DNA of 64,000 nt from an uncultured Candidatus Saccharibacteria bacterium. GTDB lineage: Bacteria > Patescibacteriota > Minisyncoccia > Phycocordibacterales > UBA9973. Location: assembly GCA_964505155.1 (NCBI GenBank), contig CAZDGL010000001.1:71058-135057 (forward strand), read 5' to 3'. Below, in pieces: positions 22,901 through 32,271 of the stretch; position 1 is the stretch's first letter, and each line of letters opens with the position of its first letter. A program made the position numbers and the translations under genes. A model generated the notes under the pieces. That model was given only the letters and a program-made list of their open reading frames with translations, ran no database searches and was not told the origin of the DNA.

Positions 22901-23838
22901 ATACCTGAGCCGGGCTTACGTGCCTCAGCGACTTTGCGTCCCCATTTGGTGACTTCTGCCGCATCATCCACAGCACCAGATCGCTTCATCAGCTTCTTTA
23001 GAGCCGAACCCATGCCACCAGCTACGGAAGCAACACCACCTCCACCTAACACGCTTCCCAGAAGGATCTTCTTCCAATCAAGGGTAAGCAGATTTAGGGG
23101 ATTAAAAAAACTTGAGGCTGAGCCAGAACCTCCGATATCGTCCAGCTTCTTGTTCAATTCCTTGAATGACTTTTCAAGAGTCTTCTTGATATCCGTGGTA
23201 TCCTTGCGAACCAGCTTGACATCCTTACCAATATCGGTAATCAGCTTTGCCTGTTGCGCAAAGGATGTCTTGATAACACCCTGCGGATTTTCTAGTTCTG
23301 AATTGATGATAGCGGTCGTGTCTGCCTTGATTTGTTCTCTCAAACGATTGAACATACGCTTTGGAGACAGACGGTCTAGGAAACCTTCCTTCAGGGACGA
23401 AGTCGTATTCTTTACCTTATCCCGTGCACCCTTTAGAGTAACCTGATCTATCACGTTCTGGAATGATTGCTTGGTGGCATCGACCTTGTTCTGAATACGC
23501 TGTTTGGTGTTTGTTACAACTGCCTTGGTAGCACGCACAGGAGCCGTCACGGTTCGCACAGCGGCTTGCGTAGCACGAATCGGGATAGATACCGCATTCG
23601 GTACCTTCATCGTAACTTTAATTGGATCTTTTATTGAATTCTGCTTTTTTGGAGTCTTAGGTGCCTTGGTAGGAACGACCTTTGGCTCCACAGGCTTAGG
23701 TGTGGATTCCGGAATTGCCTTCGGCTTCTGTTGAGGCTCGCGCTTAGGACGCGGTGTTCGTGGTGCCTTGACATTAGCACCACGATGAAGCGCGTATTGT
23801 AGAGCCTTCTTTTTATCTGAAGCGGTTCTTTGCCGCAT
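19996..23838 (-). CDS. tape-measure-like / hub protein with lysozyme-like and TIGR02594 (NlpC/P60-like) peptidoglycan hydrolase domains
   Basis: Helical N-terminus and Gly/Ala hydrophobic segment; GSISAKYE..AYGKYQF; WCAAFVN...GHVG...GGNQ; follows gp26/gp51. Confidence 0.7.
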   Translation of the reverse strand: MRQRTASDKKKALQYALHRGANVKAPRTPRPKREPQQKPKAIPESTPKPVEPKVVPTKAPKTPKKQNSIKDPIKVTMKVPNAVSIPIRATQAAVRTVTAPVRATKAVVTNTKQRIQNKVDATKQSFQNVIDQVTLKGARDKVKNTTSSLKEGFLDRLSPKRMFNRLREQIKADTTAIINSELENPQGVIKTSFAQQAKLITDIGKDVKLVRKDTTDIKKTLEKSFKELNKKLDDIGGSGSASSFFNPLNLLTLDWKKILLGSVLGGGGVASVAGGMGSALKKLMKRSGAVDDAAEVTKWGRKVAEARKPGSGIFDAIMDTGKKLKEVDIPKPKFKMPELATKAVESIRGFSFSDTMKKGWGSFKKSGVLDNIEMPKIKSGGKPLYLSSKNIPAESTRGKGLYYKFLKDVDAFATRFKIPGSVIGILVEVVTSALDPYLAYNEGASEQEVRKQIVGAIASMSGAGIGAILGTIATVWAGPFAAVGTVSGAIIGSMVAEQAAELIYSVITGEVSPEGLLNYFKLKKWEPSLKTGETIILPEREKYKAPEANPNPTTSFGRFRKSNPPPAAGGTPMSSVGGSDMSLGGEADDMLGATATATPSGPTVTSNTPSTKALEPFKNRVGGIDSSYGTYLSDQRDQMPSMYGSRFKGRTAESSIPGYGPGTSSDTTGSAAPLSEADQATIAKLTSGQEVGLSDQSFLNKLSSEELKALGIERSFDEDESGKKHVTFKAVAPEITDEQARKSLATSSEKVGSISAKYEGKVDTVGGDGGRAYGKYQFDYKVGGLQTFFKDNPEFAKEFDGLQPGTKAFNDKWKQVAAANPTAFEEAQDKSAKNIWFNPAKDHAAGIGFKTDNPGIREAIFSGAIQHGGIKKILDRASQHAGFADMTPQDQLKAFYEERTKYIDTDTKLTGDRRASVLSRYKTELADTLKFADKPAVAEGTTKFSEDQIREEKTRLANDVVEKRKTLLEGAARKHIDPSKDPVGAIRSAASGDGQGAIVDRALKQLGMNEDRDRDAIKSYLKDGGVDLDPDVLAWCAAFVNSTLKQEGFKGTGSAVATSFGEWGKSVAAGDMKKGDILVEMRGKAAGEVGGHVGMATGETRMKGGRLQIEMLGGNQGDTVTKKWVDADKLNIRRAEESDMTPELIAKREEQLKKAENVTSTDVSSPKVKPTGQIAPTKRMIDPKKESSLDKKKMVEKTTAAKIENKSTGVSDPSGDAEEDRATRESTKPERKPTDVNTTSNPNYQGSHPQIDPSFKKTIQKQTNNPMDRKQSYIGTPIPV

Positions 23839-24046
23839 TTGCTAGGTCTCGTTTCCGGTTTAGATCGTCTATGGCTTTTGCTGCTTGTTCCGCAATATGC
23901 ATTTGTAGCAAATCTACATAAACTTGTCGTTCCCACGGCATCAGATCCATTAGGTGATCTATCGGCCAACCATGGATATGCATCAGATTGAAATTCGTTT
24001 TAATGAAATTCTTCAGATTATCGTATCCATGGAATATTAAAAAAAA
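23813..24046 (-). CDS. gp51: gp51-like baseplate hub assembly protein, probably reached by -1 frameshift from gp26
   Basis: Manual translation DNLKNFIKTNFNLMHIHGWPIDHLMDLMPWERQVYVDLL (MPWER motif); first ATG at 23983 lies inside the conserved part. Confidence 0.75.
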   Translation of the reverse strand, partial: FFLIFHGYDNLKNFIKTNFNLMHIHGWPIDHLMDLMPWERQVYVDLLQMHIAEQAAKAIDDLNRKRDLANAAKNRFR

Positions 24047-24756
24047 CGAATGGGATCCTCCACCGTGATTTCATGTTCAAATCCACATTTCTTACAGGTA
24101 TGTGTTTTGTGGACTTCGTAATACGGTGTCTTCTCGACGTAATCCTTCATCTTATCAAAAGGCTCCTTACGAAGTCCTTCTATGAATTCCTGCTTTTCGG
24201 CATCCGTGGCTTCTGAGAACTTGTAGACCGTAGCCTCATCAAATACGATATCGATACAACCTTTTAGAGTCTTGATGGTCTTCTCATAATCACTATCGGA
24301 TTCCTTGATACCCATCACAATCTCGAATGACGGATGCACCATCTTCACCGAATAGGTCTCATCAATTGGAATGATATCAGGGATCTTTGGATCTACCAGT
24401 TTGATTTCGTCCATCTTGATATTCATATTGAATGATGTGCCGCAGACGACGTTATCGATCTTGTTCTGACAGATATAGTCATTTGTCAAGACGGTTCCGA
24501 TAGACTTGGAACGAATCTGCATGTAGGCATAATCAATATCGAAAATAGGTAACTTGGTTACATCAAAATCGGCTTCCATCACGCAATTTGTAATAATCTG
24601 ACGTGTGGCACTAGTCATTTCAGCCACATCATTTGATTCTGCTGCCATGAGTAGGATCTTCTCTTCCTTCACCGAATACGGTCTGAAAGAAATCTTGCGT
24701 CCGCTAGACGGTAGATTCATGGTATAAATTGGTACACTAATCTTAGGTAGGCTCAT
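24037..24756 (-). CDS. gp26: baseplate hub subunit gp26
   Basis: MSLPKI..P.Y...LPSSG....FRPY.VKEEKILLMA.ES; ends CxxC...FF. Confidence 0.9.
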   Translation of the reverse strand: MSLPKISVPIYTMNLPSSGRKISFRPYSVKEEKILLMAAESNDVAEMTSATRQIITNCVMEADFDVTKLPIFDIDYAYMQIRSKSIGTVLTNDYICQNKIDNVVCGTSFNMNIKMDEIKLVDPKIPDIIPIDETYSVKMVHPSFEIVMGIKESDSDYEKTIKTLKGCIDIVFDEATVYKFSEATDAEKQEFIEGLRKEPFDKMKDYVEKTPYYEVHKTHTCKKCGFEHEITVEDPIRFF

Positions 24757-24759
24757 TCA

Positions 24760-25305
24760 TTATCCTTGTTGTTGTGATTCAAAATCAGTATAGGCAAACT
24801 GGACGCTCAATCGATGAATGGTATCCTCAAACCAGTTTGCTTGTAGTGGCATTACATTGATCGGGTAGACATCATGAAGTAACATCATGTAGGTGTCCTC
24901 GACTCCTTCCAGTTCGGATGTCTGGAATATCTTGATCTTGGTGGCATATTCATTTCGGAACCTGAAATCATAGTTCCCTTTGCCACCAGACGAAATATAG
25001 CGCTTCCAGCTATCAAAGAAGTTTTTGACGTCCATGGAACCACGCACAATGAATGAAATATTGATATCATTGAATTGCTGTCGGACCGGAACCTTGAACG
25101 ACGGACCATAGTAACGAACATCGGTCGTTACCAGAGACGAACCCGGATGCTCGGCACCCGCAGCTAGGAATGGTAGATCCCTGATTAGATTCGTATAACC
25201 CAACAAGAAATTGTTATCTGGTGAAATCTCTATTCGAAATCTCTGGGATTTGGCTACGGCACCATCTCGTAGGATGATGGATCTAAAATCTGTAATATCA
25301 ACCAT
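24760..25305 (-). CDS. tail tube family protein (gp19/gp54-like)
   Basis: FFDSW, YRFRNEY-like, YPINV, LSVQFAY pattern. Confidence 0.7.
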   Translation of the reverse strand: MVDITDFRSIILRDGAVAKSQRFRIEISPDNNFLLGYTNLIRDLPFLAAGAEHPGSSLVTTDVRYYGPSFKVPVRQQFNDINISFIVRGSMDVKNFFDSWKRYISSGGKGNYDFRFRNEYATKIKIFQTSELEGVEDTYMMLLHDVYPINVMPLQANWFEDTIHRLSVQFAYTDFESQQQG

Positions 25306-25900
25306 TTGCTATGATCTTGTTTGACTCTCTCCATACTTCCTGCATGGACTTCTTTTCGAAATGTTCGGATGGTAGAAATAGTGCCCACTCCCACTCGTTA
25401 CCTTTCACCTTGATGAAATCGGAACGCACATGTCCAGACAGGTATCGCTTGATACATGGCTTTACTATTGCACCCATGGACTTGATTGCCTTATACGACA
25501 ATGCAAGTCTGGTTGATTCCGTATATCGCTTGTCCGTGGCCAGAATGCTTAGAGTATCAAATAGCTTTGCTCTCTGGTTTAAGTTCAGGTAATGGACATT
25601 GATACCCAGAAATCCGTCCTCGTAGTATTCGATTGGGAATACCAACGGAAATGTGTCATAGTAAGGTAGTTCCTTCTTCCATTTCGGATCGTATACGAAA
25701 TAATACATTTCACCGACCGTGATATCGGTAGACTTTCGGGATCTACCACGAAGCAGCGAGGCACGATTAGCACCACGGAAAGCAACCATCTCTTTTGCTT
25801 TACCGATCAACCATTTTCGGGCTTCTTGTTGCTTACCCAAAAGTCCCTTCTGTAGAAGTTCCTTTCGGATTTGACGTATCAGATCAGATTCTCGTGCCAT
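25298..25900 (-). CDS. gp2: DNA end protector gp2
   Basis: YDPKWKKELPYYDTFPLV, GFLGINVHYL, CIKRYL. Confidence 0.92.
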   Translation of the reverse strand: MARESDLIRQIRKELLQKGLLGKQQEARKWLIGKAKEMVAFRGANRASLLRGRSRKSTDITVGEMYYFVYDPKWKKELPYYDTFPLVFPIEYYEDGFLGINVHYLNLNQRAKLFDTLSILATDKRYTESTRLALSYKAIKSMGAIVKPCIKRYLSGHVRSDFIKVKGNEWEWALFLPSEHFEKKSMQEVWRESNKIIANG

Positions 25901-25905
25901 TTGTG

Positions 25906-26358
25906 TTATTTATGTTTGATTCCTAAATCGTATTCATCTAGGATTTTAAACTCCCATCCTTTTCTGGCACAATAGTCACGTGCAGCTTCCCACTTTGCCT
26001 GATTGACAGCATACGTAGCTGACTCGGTCAAAAATCGTTTCTTGTTACGATTCTGCTTTGGTGGCTCGATTTCCTTGCGTGGTTTGATTTCTACCAGATA
26101 TTCCCTGTTGACATTATCCCGCGTCCGAACCCGGATCCAGAAATCTACGAAGTATCGGTGCGAACGACCATCCAGTGGAGACATGTAATTAATCACAAGC
26201 TCTTCGGATGACCATTGGAGGATATTGGGATTCTTATCAAAAAACTGACATGCCTTCAGTTCCCATCCAGATCGCGCAACAATATTGGTTGGATTACCCT
26301 TATACTTCGAAGGATTACGTGGTCTGAAATATTGTGGAACTGGATAACGATTCTTCAT
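25906..26358 (-). CDS. gp4: head completion nuclease gp4
   Basis: PRNPSKYKGNP..I..RS.WE, WSSEE, HRYFVDF, VNQAKWEAA. Confidence 0.93.
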   Translation of the reverse strand: MKNRYPVPQYFRPRNPSKYKGNPTNIVARSGWELKACQFFDKNPNILQWSSEELVINYMSPLDGRSHRYFVDFWIRVRTRDNVNREYLVEIKPRKEIEPPKQNRNKKRFLTESATYAVNQAKWEAARDYCARKGWEFKILDEYDLGIKHK

Positions 26359-27178
26359 ATTTTTCTAATAACTCGTCTAAAGTAATATTACATTTGGATT
26401 GTTTTGTAAGGTTTTCGTATGATGTTACTATCTGCAGATTCAAAGGTGAGCAAATAATATCGATAGGAACATCATCAACGAATCCTTGTATTACACTATA
26501 GATGTGATCTAAATGTACTGATTTGGAACGTTTGATATTTAATGGATTAATATATGACTTGAATTTTTTATATGTTTTCTCCGTTTCAAGTCTTACTAAT
26601 CGTCTATAATTTTCCCATGATGTAATATCAGAATAATCATAACGTCGTAGAGAATTACCTCGTTTTTCAATGAGTTTTTGTTTCTCTTCTTCTGAAGCTT
26701 CCTTCCACCATTTAAGAATGGATTTTTCCACCATCTCCTTACTTCTGGCAGATCTTTCTTCTGGAGATAGTTTATTCAGCCAACCATACTTTTCTTTAAG
26801 TTCTTCTTCTGTAAGAAGTGAATTTTTGTATTTTATAGTATTACTGATTTTGGTTCTAATTTGCAGTGCAGCGTCGGTCTTCCAATGATTAGAAACATTA
26901 CATTTAACTTTCTCTATGAAAGTATGAAATCTTGCGGGATCGTTTCTTAGATTATTTCTCATTGACTTAGCAGCACATGATCTGGAGCAATGAACTTTAT
27001 ATCCACGAAGTCCAACACATTCAGTTGGTTCTTTACAGTATTCACAGAAACCATCTGTATCCTTTTTCATATATTTGTCATAATAAGATTTTGTAGATTT
27101 CATACCATGCGATCTAAGATGATATCCTAGATTTTTGATATCTTCATGTTCAGTTTGGCAGATTTGACATATGATCAT
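26315..27178 (-). CDS. putative HNH-like homing endonuclease with zinc fingers
   Basis: CQIC..H..H, CEYC...CSRSC, HLDHIYS...NLQI....N; AT-rich. Confidence 0.75.
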   Translation of the reverse strand: MIICQICQTEHEDIKNLGYHLRSHGMKSTKSYYDKYMKKDTDGFCEYCKEPTECVGLRGYKVHCSRSCAAKSMRNNLRNDPARFHTFIEKVKCNVSNHWKTDAALQIRTKISNTIKYKNSLLTEEELKEKYGWLNKLSPEERSARSKEMVEKSILKWWKEASEEEKQKLIEKRGNSLRRYDYSDITSWENYRRLVRLETEKTYKKFKSYINPLNIKRSKSVHLDHIYSVIQGFVDDVPIDIICSPLNLQIVTSYENLTKQSKCNITLDELLEKYEESLSSSTIFQTT

Positions 27179-27313
27179 AGTTCTTAATTCCCTTTTGATC
27201 TATTTATAGGAATTAAGATTTTGGATTGCCTTTGTACTTCGAGGGATTCATGGCACGATATATCCCCTGAATGTAGTTGTTCTTCCGTTTGGATTTGATG
27301 TGTTGTTTTTGCA

Positions 27314-27321
27314 TATAAATA
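27314..27321 (+). promoter_or_regulatory. T4-type late promoter
   Basis: TATAAATA upstream of gp48. Confidence 0.7.
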
Positions 27322-27357
27322 GATTTGAAATCTCAAAGTAAAGGTTCCATTATTTAG

Positions 27358-28338
27358 ATGCCAACCGACGAAGTATACGAAGTTGTCCAGACTTATCCCG
27401 ATGCTCTACCAAATCCGTTTGAGGTAATTCAGGCAGCAGAGGTATCTGGGGATATTGGGATTCATTCTTTCCCATCTACGCTGACTGGTCGGACACAGGC
27501 ATCGGCACATGTCATGAAGATCCAGATTAATCAGAATACCGCAATGTCTGCTGTGGCACCAATCATCGGTCAGGTAGGATCGCTCGGTGGAGCTATTGGA
27601 CCAGATACTGCTGGAAATTTGGGCACCCAGATATCTCAGGGACGTTTCCCATCAATCGGTTCTATTCTGGATAGCACATCAAATCTGATTACCTCTGCAT
27701 GGAACAACCGGCAACAAATCCTCACACAGGCTCGACAGGATGCCTTTGGTGAATTCAAGCGTGCCAAGGGTGCGATCTATCTCTACATTCCAAATCCAAT
27801 GACGTATACCAATGCAATGGATTACGAGGATGTTTCGCTTACGTCTCTGGCCACGGACAAGCTCAAGACAGCGGTGGGACCAATCCCATTTGCGCGTGCT
27901 GCAATAGAAGGTGCCGAAACACTTCAGAAGCTCCGTGGTCTACCAATCAATCCAAAGGTAGAAATCCTGTTCTCAAATATCCCACAACGTAGATTCCAGT
28001 ATGATTTCCTATTTGCACCGACATCGCAACAGGAAGCCGATTCCCTGAAGACAATCATCAAGGTTCTGAGATCTGAATCCGCACCCGAAGAAATCGGTAT
28101 TGCTGGTATCGTCTGGAAGGCACCGTCCACATTTGATATCTCATTCGAACACAATGGTGTCGAGAATACCAATATTCCAAAGATTCAGGAATGCGTGCTG
28201 GAACAGGTTGATGTGGATTATGAACCATCAGGACAATGGTCCACATTCTGGAATGGATTTCCGGTAGCGGTTCGATTGCAATTGAAGTTCCGTGAGCGTG
28301 AACCAAATCACAAGAAGAAGATCCTCGAAGGATACTAA
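27358..28338 (+). CDS. gp48: baseplate tail-tube cap gp48
   Basis: IYLYIP, INPKVEILF....R.FQYDFLFAP.S..EA, CVL..V.VDY.P. Confidence 0.85.
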   Translation: MPTDEVYEVVQTYPDALPNPFEVIQAAEVSGDIGIHSFPSTLTGRTQASAHVMKIQINQNTAMSAVAPIIGQVGSLGGAIGPDTAGNLGTQISQGRFPSIGSILDSTSNLITSAWNNRQQILTQARQDAFGEFKRAKGAIYLYIPNPMTYTNAMDYEDVSLTSLATDKLKTAVGPIPFARAAIEGAETLQKLRGLPINPKVEILFSNIPQRRFQYDFLFAPTSQQEADSLKTIIKVLRSESAPEEIGIAGIVWKAPSTFDISFEHNGVENTNIPKIQECVLEQVDVDYEPSGQWSTFWNGFPVAVRLQLKFREREPNHKKKILEGY

Positions 28339-29042
28339 TGCCGTATTTCTCAGCAATTCCGCTCACCAACTATGATATGAATGGTATTGGACTGGATTTT
28401 ACTCTGGTCACGGATATCCTATTCCGTACAAAGCTAATCGAGAATGTCCTCAATTCTACGTCTTCCTACTACGAATATTCGGTAAAGGATGGTGAAACAC
28501 CGGAAGTAGTTGCAGACAAGTATTACGGAGACGTCTATGCCGATTGGATTGTCATGTATGCCAACAATATTTGTGATCCAAAGCATGACTGGGTAAAGCC
28601 ATATAACGTATTTCAGAAGTATCTGATTGACAAGTACGGTTCCCTAGCTGTTGCCATGACTCAGATCCACCACTACGAGAAGGTGATTGAATCTACGGAT
28701 TCGGTAACCGGAATTACTACGACCAGACGCTACGTAATCGATCTGGAAGATCCACGAACGGATATTGGAGACGTACCAGAATACGATACCTACAATGATC
28801 TGGGATCGCTGGTGACTGCATATAATCCTGACTATTCGTTTCGGAATGGTGGGACAGTGACGATATCCGTCTATAGAAATTCTGTTACATGTTATGACTA
28901 CGAAGTAGCAGAGAACGAGAACAAGCGTAGAATCAAATTAATCAAACGTGAATATCGCGATCAGATTGAGGAAGAACTAAAACGATTTGGTGGACCTAAT
29001 CTTCTGGTACGCAGATATCTTAGACAGAGCACACTCATCTAA
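28338..29042 (+). CDS. gp53: baseplate wedge protein gp53
   Basis: YF..IP, DGETPEVVADKYYGD...WIV...N, YE..ENENKRRIKL. Confidence 0.9.
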   Translation: MPYFSAIPLTNYDMNGIGLDFTLVTDILFRTKLIENVLNSTSSYYEYSVKDGETPEVVADKYYGDVYADWIVMYANNICDPKHDWVKPYNVFQKYLIDKYGSLAVAMTQIHHYEKVIESTDSVTGITTTRRYVIDLEDPRTDIGDVPEYDTYNDLGSLVTAYNPDYSFRNGGTVTISVYRNSVTCYDYEVAENENKRRIKLIKREYRDQIEEELKRFGGPNLLVRRYLRQSTLI

Positions 29043-30256
29043 TGGCAGAACTATCCGCTGACCAACATGCACTAACCCAATTCAAGGTTGAAATGGACGT
29101 CTCCGAGGGAATTCTCAATCAGGTATCTCTGGTTGAATTCTCGCTCACCGAGAGTCTGATGTCACCTAGCTTGACTACTCAGTTTCTGGTTCAATCCGCA
29201 CGTCATGTGGGATATGCCAAAAATCTGGACGAGTATGCCAACAAGGATGTCAAGATTACTCTATATCGACCAGATATCGATGATGGTCTGTTGGTCCAGC
29301 AAAAGATCTACAAGATCACCGAACGTGATCCGACCACTTATCAATTCGATGAATTTCAGATCAATGCATGTGATATTACGCTTCTGCGTAATGCGGCAAC
29401 CCGAGTTTCTCAATCCTATAAGTGTACGTCCCCATCCGCAATTGTAGCAGACATGTTGGGTAGAGTCGGTGCTCGTACATTTGTGGAAGGTTCGTCTCCG
29501 ATGCGAACATACTTTGCCGAGAACATTCACCCCTTTCAGGTAATCGCACAACAGGCAGACGTAGCGGTCGCTGTGGGCACGGATCCCTCATTCCTGCACT
29601 ATATGACATATGAAGACGGTGGAACTCATCGATTTGAATCCCTGCGCAATATGGTTCGACGAACACCTATTAGAGAATTTGAATATTCCGAAAAGACGAT
29701 CAACGAGAAGACCTACAATAATCCACGTGAAATCATGGGATATTCGTTTCCATGTGATTTTGATATCCTGTCCGATATCCTGAATTCTATTGACATCGAC
29801 GGGTTCGACCAGAATTCGCTTATTGTCATCAATCCATTCAACGGGATTCAGTCCCTGTTGGGCAATCAAACCAAGTCTGGTGGACTAGGTGGTCTGAATG
29901 CTGGTGCCACATTCACGAACAAGGGATCCGCACAAACCGAAGGTAATTGTGAAATCGATGTGGAAAAGTACAAGCTCCGTCGTCAGGCACGACTAGGTTT
30001 ATTGGAACCAGACAGAATTCCGTTACGGATTACAGTGCCGTTCTGTCCCGGTGTCAATTGTGGAAAGACGATCAATGTCCGGTTTCATAACAAGGTTGTT
30101 ACACCTAACGGATTACGTCGAGATCCAGATTACGGAACCGGAACCTATCTAATCACAGCACTAACCCATAATGTCAAGGTCGGGGGATTTGCAACCACTG
30201 TCATGGATTGTGTATCCAAGTCTGTTGGGTTTGGTGGAGCAACGTTGGGGATGTAA
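29042..30256 (+). CDS. baseplate hub protein (gp27-like)
   Basis: Position between gp53 and gp5; C-terminal G.YLITALTH motif. Confidence 0.6.
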   Translation: MAELSADQHALTQFKVEMDVSEGILNQVSLVEFSLTESLMSPSLTTQFLVQSARHVGYAKNLDEYANKDVKITLYRPDIDDGLLVQQKIYKITERDPTTYQFDEFQINACDITLLRNAATRVSQSYKCTSPSAIVADMLGRVGARTFVEGSSPMRTYFAENIHPFQVIAQQADVAVAVGTDPSFLHYMTYEDGGTHRFESLRNMVRRTPIREFEYSEKTINEKTYNNPREIMGYSFPCDFDILSDILNSIDIDGFDQNSLIVINPFNGIQSLLGNQTKSGGLGGLNAGATFTNKGSAQTEGNCEIDVEKYKLRRQARLGLLEPDRIPLRITVPFCPGVNCGKTINVRFHNKVVTPNGLRRDPDYGTGTYLITALTHNVKVGGFATTVMDCVSKSVGFGGATLGM

Positions 30257-30723
30257 TGAATATCATTCAGGATAAGCAATTTATAAAATCAATCGAAAAA
30301 TATGTCTTCAGTAATGATAAAAAATCATTTGATTATATCATTCGGAACCGTTCAAAAATTCCTCAAACCTTTCGTAAAGGTGGAATTTTATATAGAGGAA
30401 TGACACTAGAAAATTTTAATAATCTAAGATTTGATTCACCAACTTCATGGTCAACCAATCCAAAGATGGCAGAAAAACTTATATCTTCAGGAAATATGTT
30501 TGGAATAAAGCAAAGTCAAGGTAATAAAATCATTTTCAAGAAACGTATTCCTGATTCTAAGGTGTTAGTAAACATTTCTAATTTGATAATGTTTCTTGAT
30601 AGTTCAATGTTGCTTGAGGATTTTGATCCAGCGACAAAAGAAATTGCATTTGAAGAAAGTGAAGTATTAGTTGATCGCGGAATTTTTTTAAGTGAAAAAG
30701 ATATATTCAAGGTAATGAAATGA
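30256..30723 (+). CDS. putative ADP-ribosyltransferase (R-S-E type)
   Basis: LYRG, TSWSTN and EESEVLV motifs in order; AT-rich. Confidence 0.6.
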   Translation: MNIIQDKQFIKSIEKYVFSNDKKSFDYIIRNRSKIPQTFRKGGILYRGMTLENFNNLRFDSPTSWSTNPKMAEKLISSGNMFGIKQSQGNKIIFKKRIPDSKVLVNISNLIMFLDSSMLLEDFDPATKEIAFEESEVLVDRGIFLSEKDIFKVMK

Positions 30724-32033
30724 ACCTACGATATTTCAGAGTTGAAGGTGGCCACGACGCGGATCCGGATCCAGAACAGTCTGGTCGTATGCGTTTGCGT
30801 GATATTGCGCGACACGACGACAACGTAAAGACCGAGGATCTACCGTTCTCTCAAGGTCTGGCACCGATTTCAGGTAACGGTGGATTTGAATTCAATCGAC
30901 CACCTCTTCCCGGTACGTTAGTCGTCGCTTGGGTCCCCGAGGGAGCCGAACAGACGGGTTATGCACATCCGTTAGGTATTCCTATCGGTAAGGACAAACC
31001 CGGCTCCAAGGCCATTCCCGGCAATTCTGTGCTGCCTAATCGAATGGAGTCAACGGAAATAGGAATCAACATTCCTGCAATAGCCAAGACCATCACACAG
31101 GCTAATCGTAGCGGCATTGAACAAATCACCAAGGAGATACAGGAAAAGGGTAAGAAGATATCCTTCAAACTCCTGCAGGGAATTCCTACGCATGGTGCCG
31201 ACTTCCTGATGTCCGGTATTCGTAATTCACCGCTGACTCAAATATCCACGGCTCTGGATTCATTTGACTCCGTGCTATCTGGGGATATGCTGTCCGCGCT
31301 TCCCGGTGTAGCATTTGGAGGATTGTCGGATATTGTCTCGTCCGTTCTGAATGAAGGGATTGAAGAGATAAATGATGCAATAGGATCCGAAGCGGTCGAG
31401 ACTCTACAAAACATTATGTTGCTTATGCCATCAGAAAGTGGATCCGGTACACCTCAGTCCGGTTTCATGATTTCTGGACTCCGCGTCAATCCTGAGGTGG
31501 TTGTTCAAAACATCCTCAATGATCTGAAGTCAGGTAATTCGGTTATGAATGTCCTCCAGTCTTTGGAATCCAAACTATCGGATCCAGCATTTACCGGAAT
31601 GGACCAGTTTGCAAACATTACCCAGACGATTGCTGGTGGATTTGGTAATATCACTCAGACCATCGATATGTTCGGAAATATCACTTCTGGTGTGGATGAC
31701 ATCGTCCAGTCCCTGATTGATATGGCTTTTGGAAAATTCACATCAATTCTAGGTGCTGGTGGAACATCAGTCCTAACCGAAGCCGGAACACCGATGAAGT
31801 CCCTGATTGAACGAATTCCAAATGCTACTCTTGTTGGACAGTTACAGAATATGTTGGCAACTTTCACGGACGACAATGCTGCAAAGGATAGAATGAGAAA
31901 TAGCGGTAACTCGTCAGGCAGAGGAGTTACCGCTTCGGATATCGTATCCGGGTTCACCGACCGACTAGGTTCGACGCTGAGCTTTAGTCCTAAATCGTCA
32001 TCAGGATCCAGTGGTGGTGGAGTTTATTCCTGA
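30720..32033 (+). CDS. gp5-like baseplate hub, N-terminal OB-fold part
   Basis: DPEQSGRMRLR...H......EDLPF, P..GT.V. Confidence 0.7.
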   Translation: MNLRYFRVEGGHDADPDPEQSGRMRLRDIARHDDNVKTEDLPFSQGLAPISGNGGFEFNRPPLPGTLVVAWVPEGAEQTGYAHPLGIPIGKDKPGSKAIPGNSVLPNRMESTEIGINIPAIAKTITQANRSGIEQITKEIQEKGKKISFKLLQGIPTHGADFLMSGIRNSPLTQISTALDSFDSVLSGDMLSALPGVAFGGLSDIVSSVLNEGIEEINDAIGSEAVETLQNIMLLMPSESGSGTPQSGFMISGLRVNPEVVVQNILNDLKSGNSVMNVLQSLESKLSDPAFTGMDQFANITQTIAGGFGNITQTIDMFGNITSGVDDIVQSLIDMAFGKFTSILGAGGTSVLTEAGTPMKSLIERIPNATLVGQLQNMLATFTDDNAAKDRMRNSGNSSGRGVTASDIVSGFTDRLGSTLSFSPKSSSGSSGGGVYS

Positions 32034-32251
32034 GATATCGTTAACTTTACTCGATTATACTCAAATTCCAATTCGACGAATTGTATTCCGATTTTTTCTA
32101 TTTTCAACACATGAAGAATAGAAATTCGTAATGGGGTAAAAGTAATTTGTCCCTTGATAGAAAAATATTCATCCATCTTGATTTCGACTGTACGATTACC
32201 AATATCCCAAACAGTGATCTGACTAGGAATATCCATGGTAGTTGATACCAT
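32024..32251 (-). CDS. hypothetical protein
   Basis: ORF in an opposite-strand island. Confidence 0.45.
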   Translation of the reverse strand: MVSTTMDIPSQITVWDIGNRTVEIKMDEYFSIKGQITFTPLRISILHVLKIEKIGIQFVELEFEYNRVKLTISQE

Positions 32252-32271
32252 ACCGAAGCTTGAGTTTCAGT

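Noticed and set aside
20123-23734. Several + strand ORFs of 60-239 aa
   Set aside because: Antisense shadows of the 1280-aa gene
23631-23969. 112-aa track ORF as gp51
   Set aside because: Wrong frame; the MPWER motif lies in the frame ending at 23813
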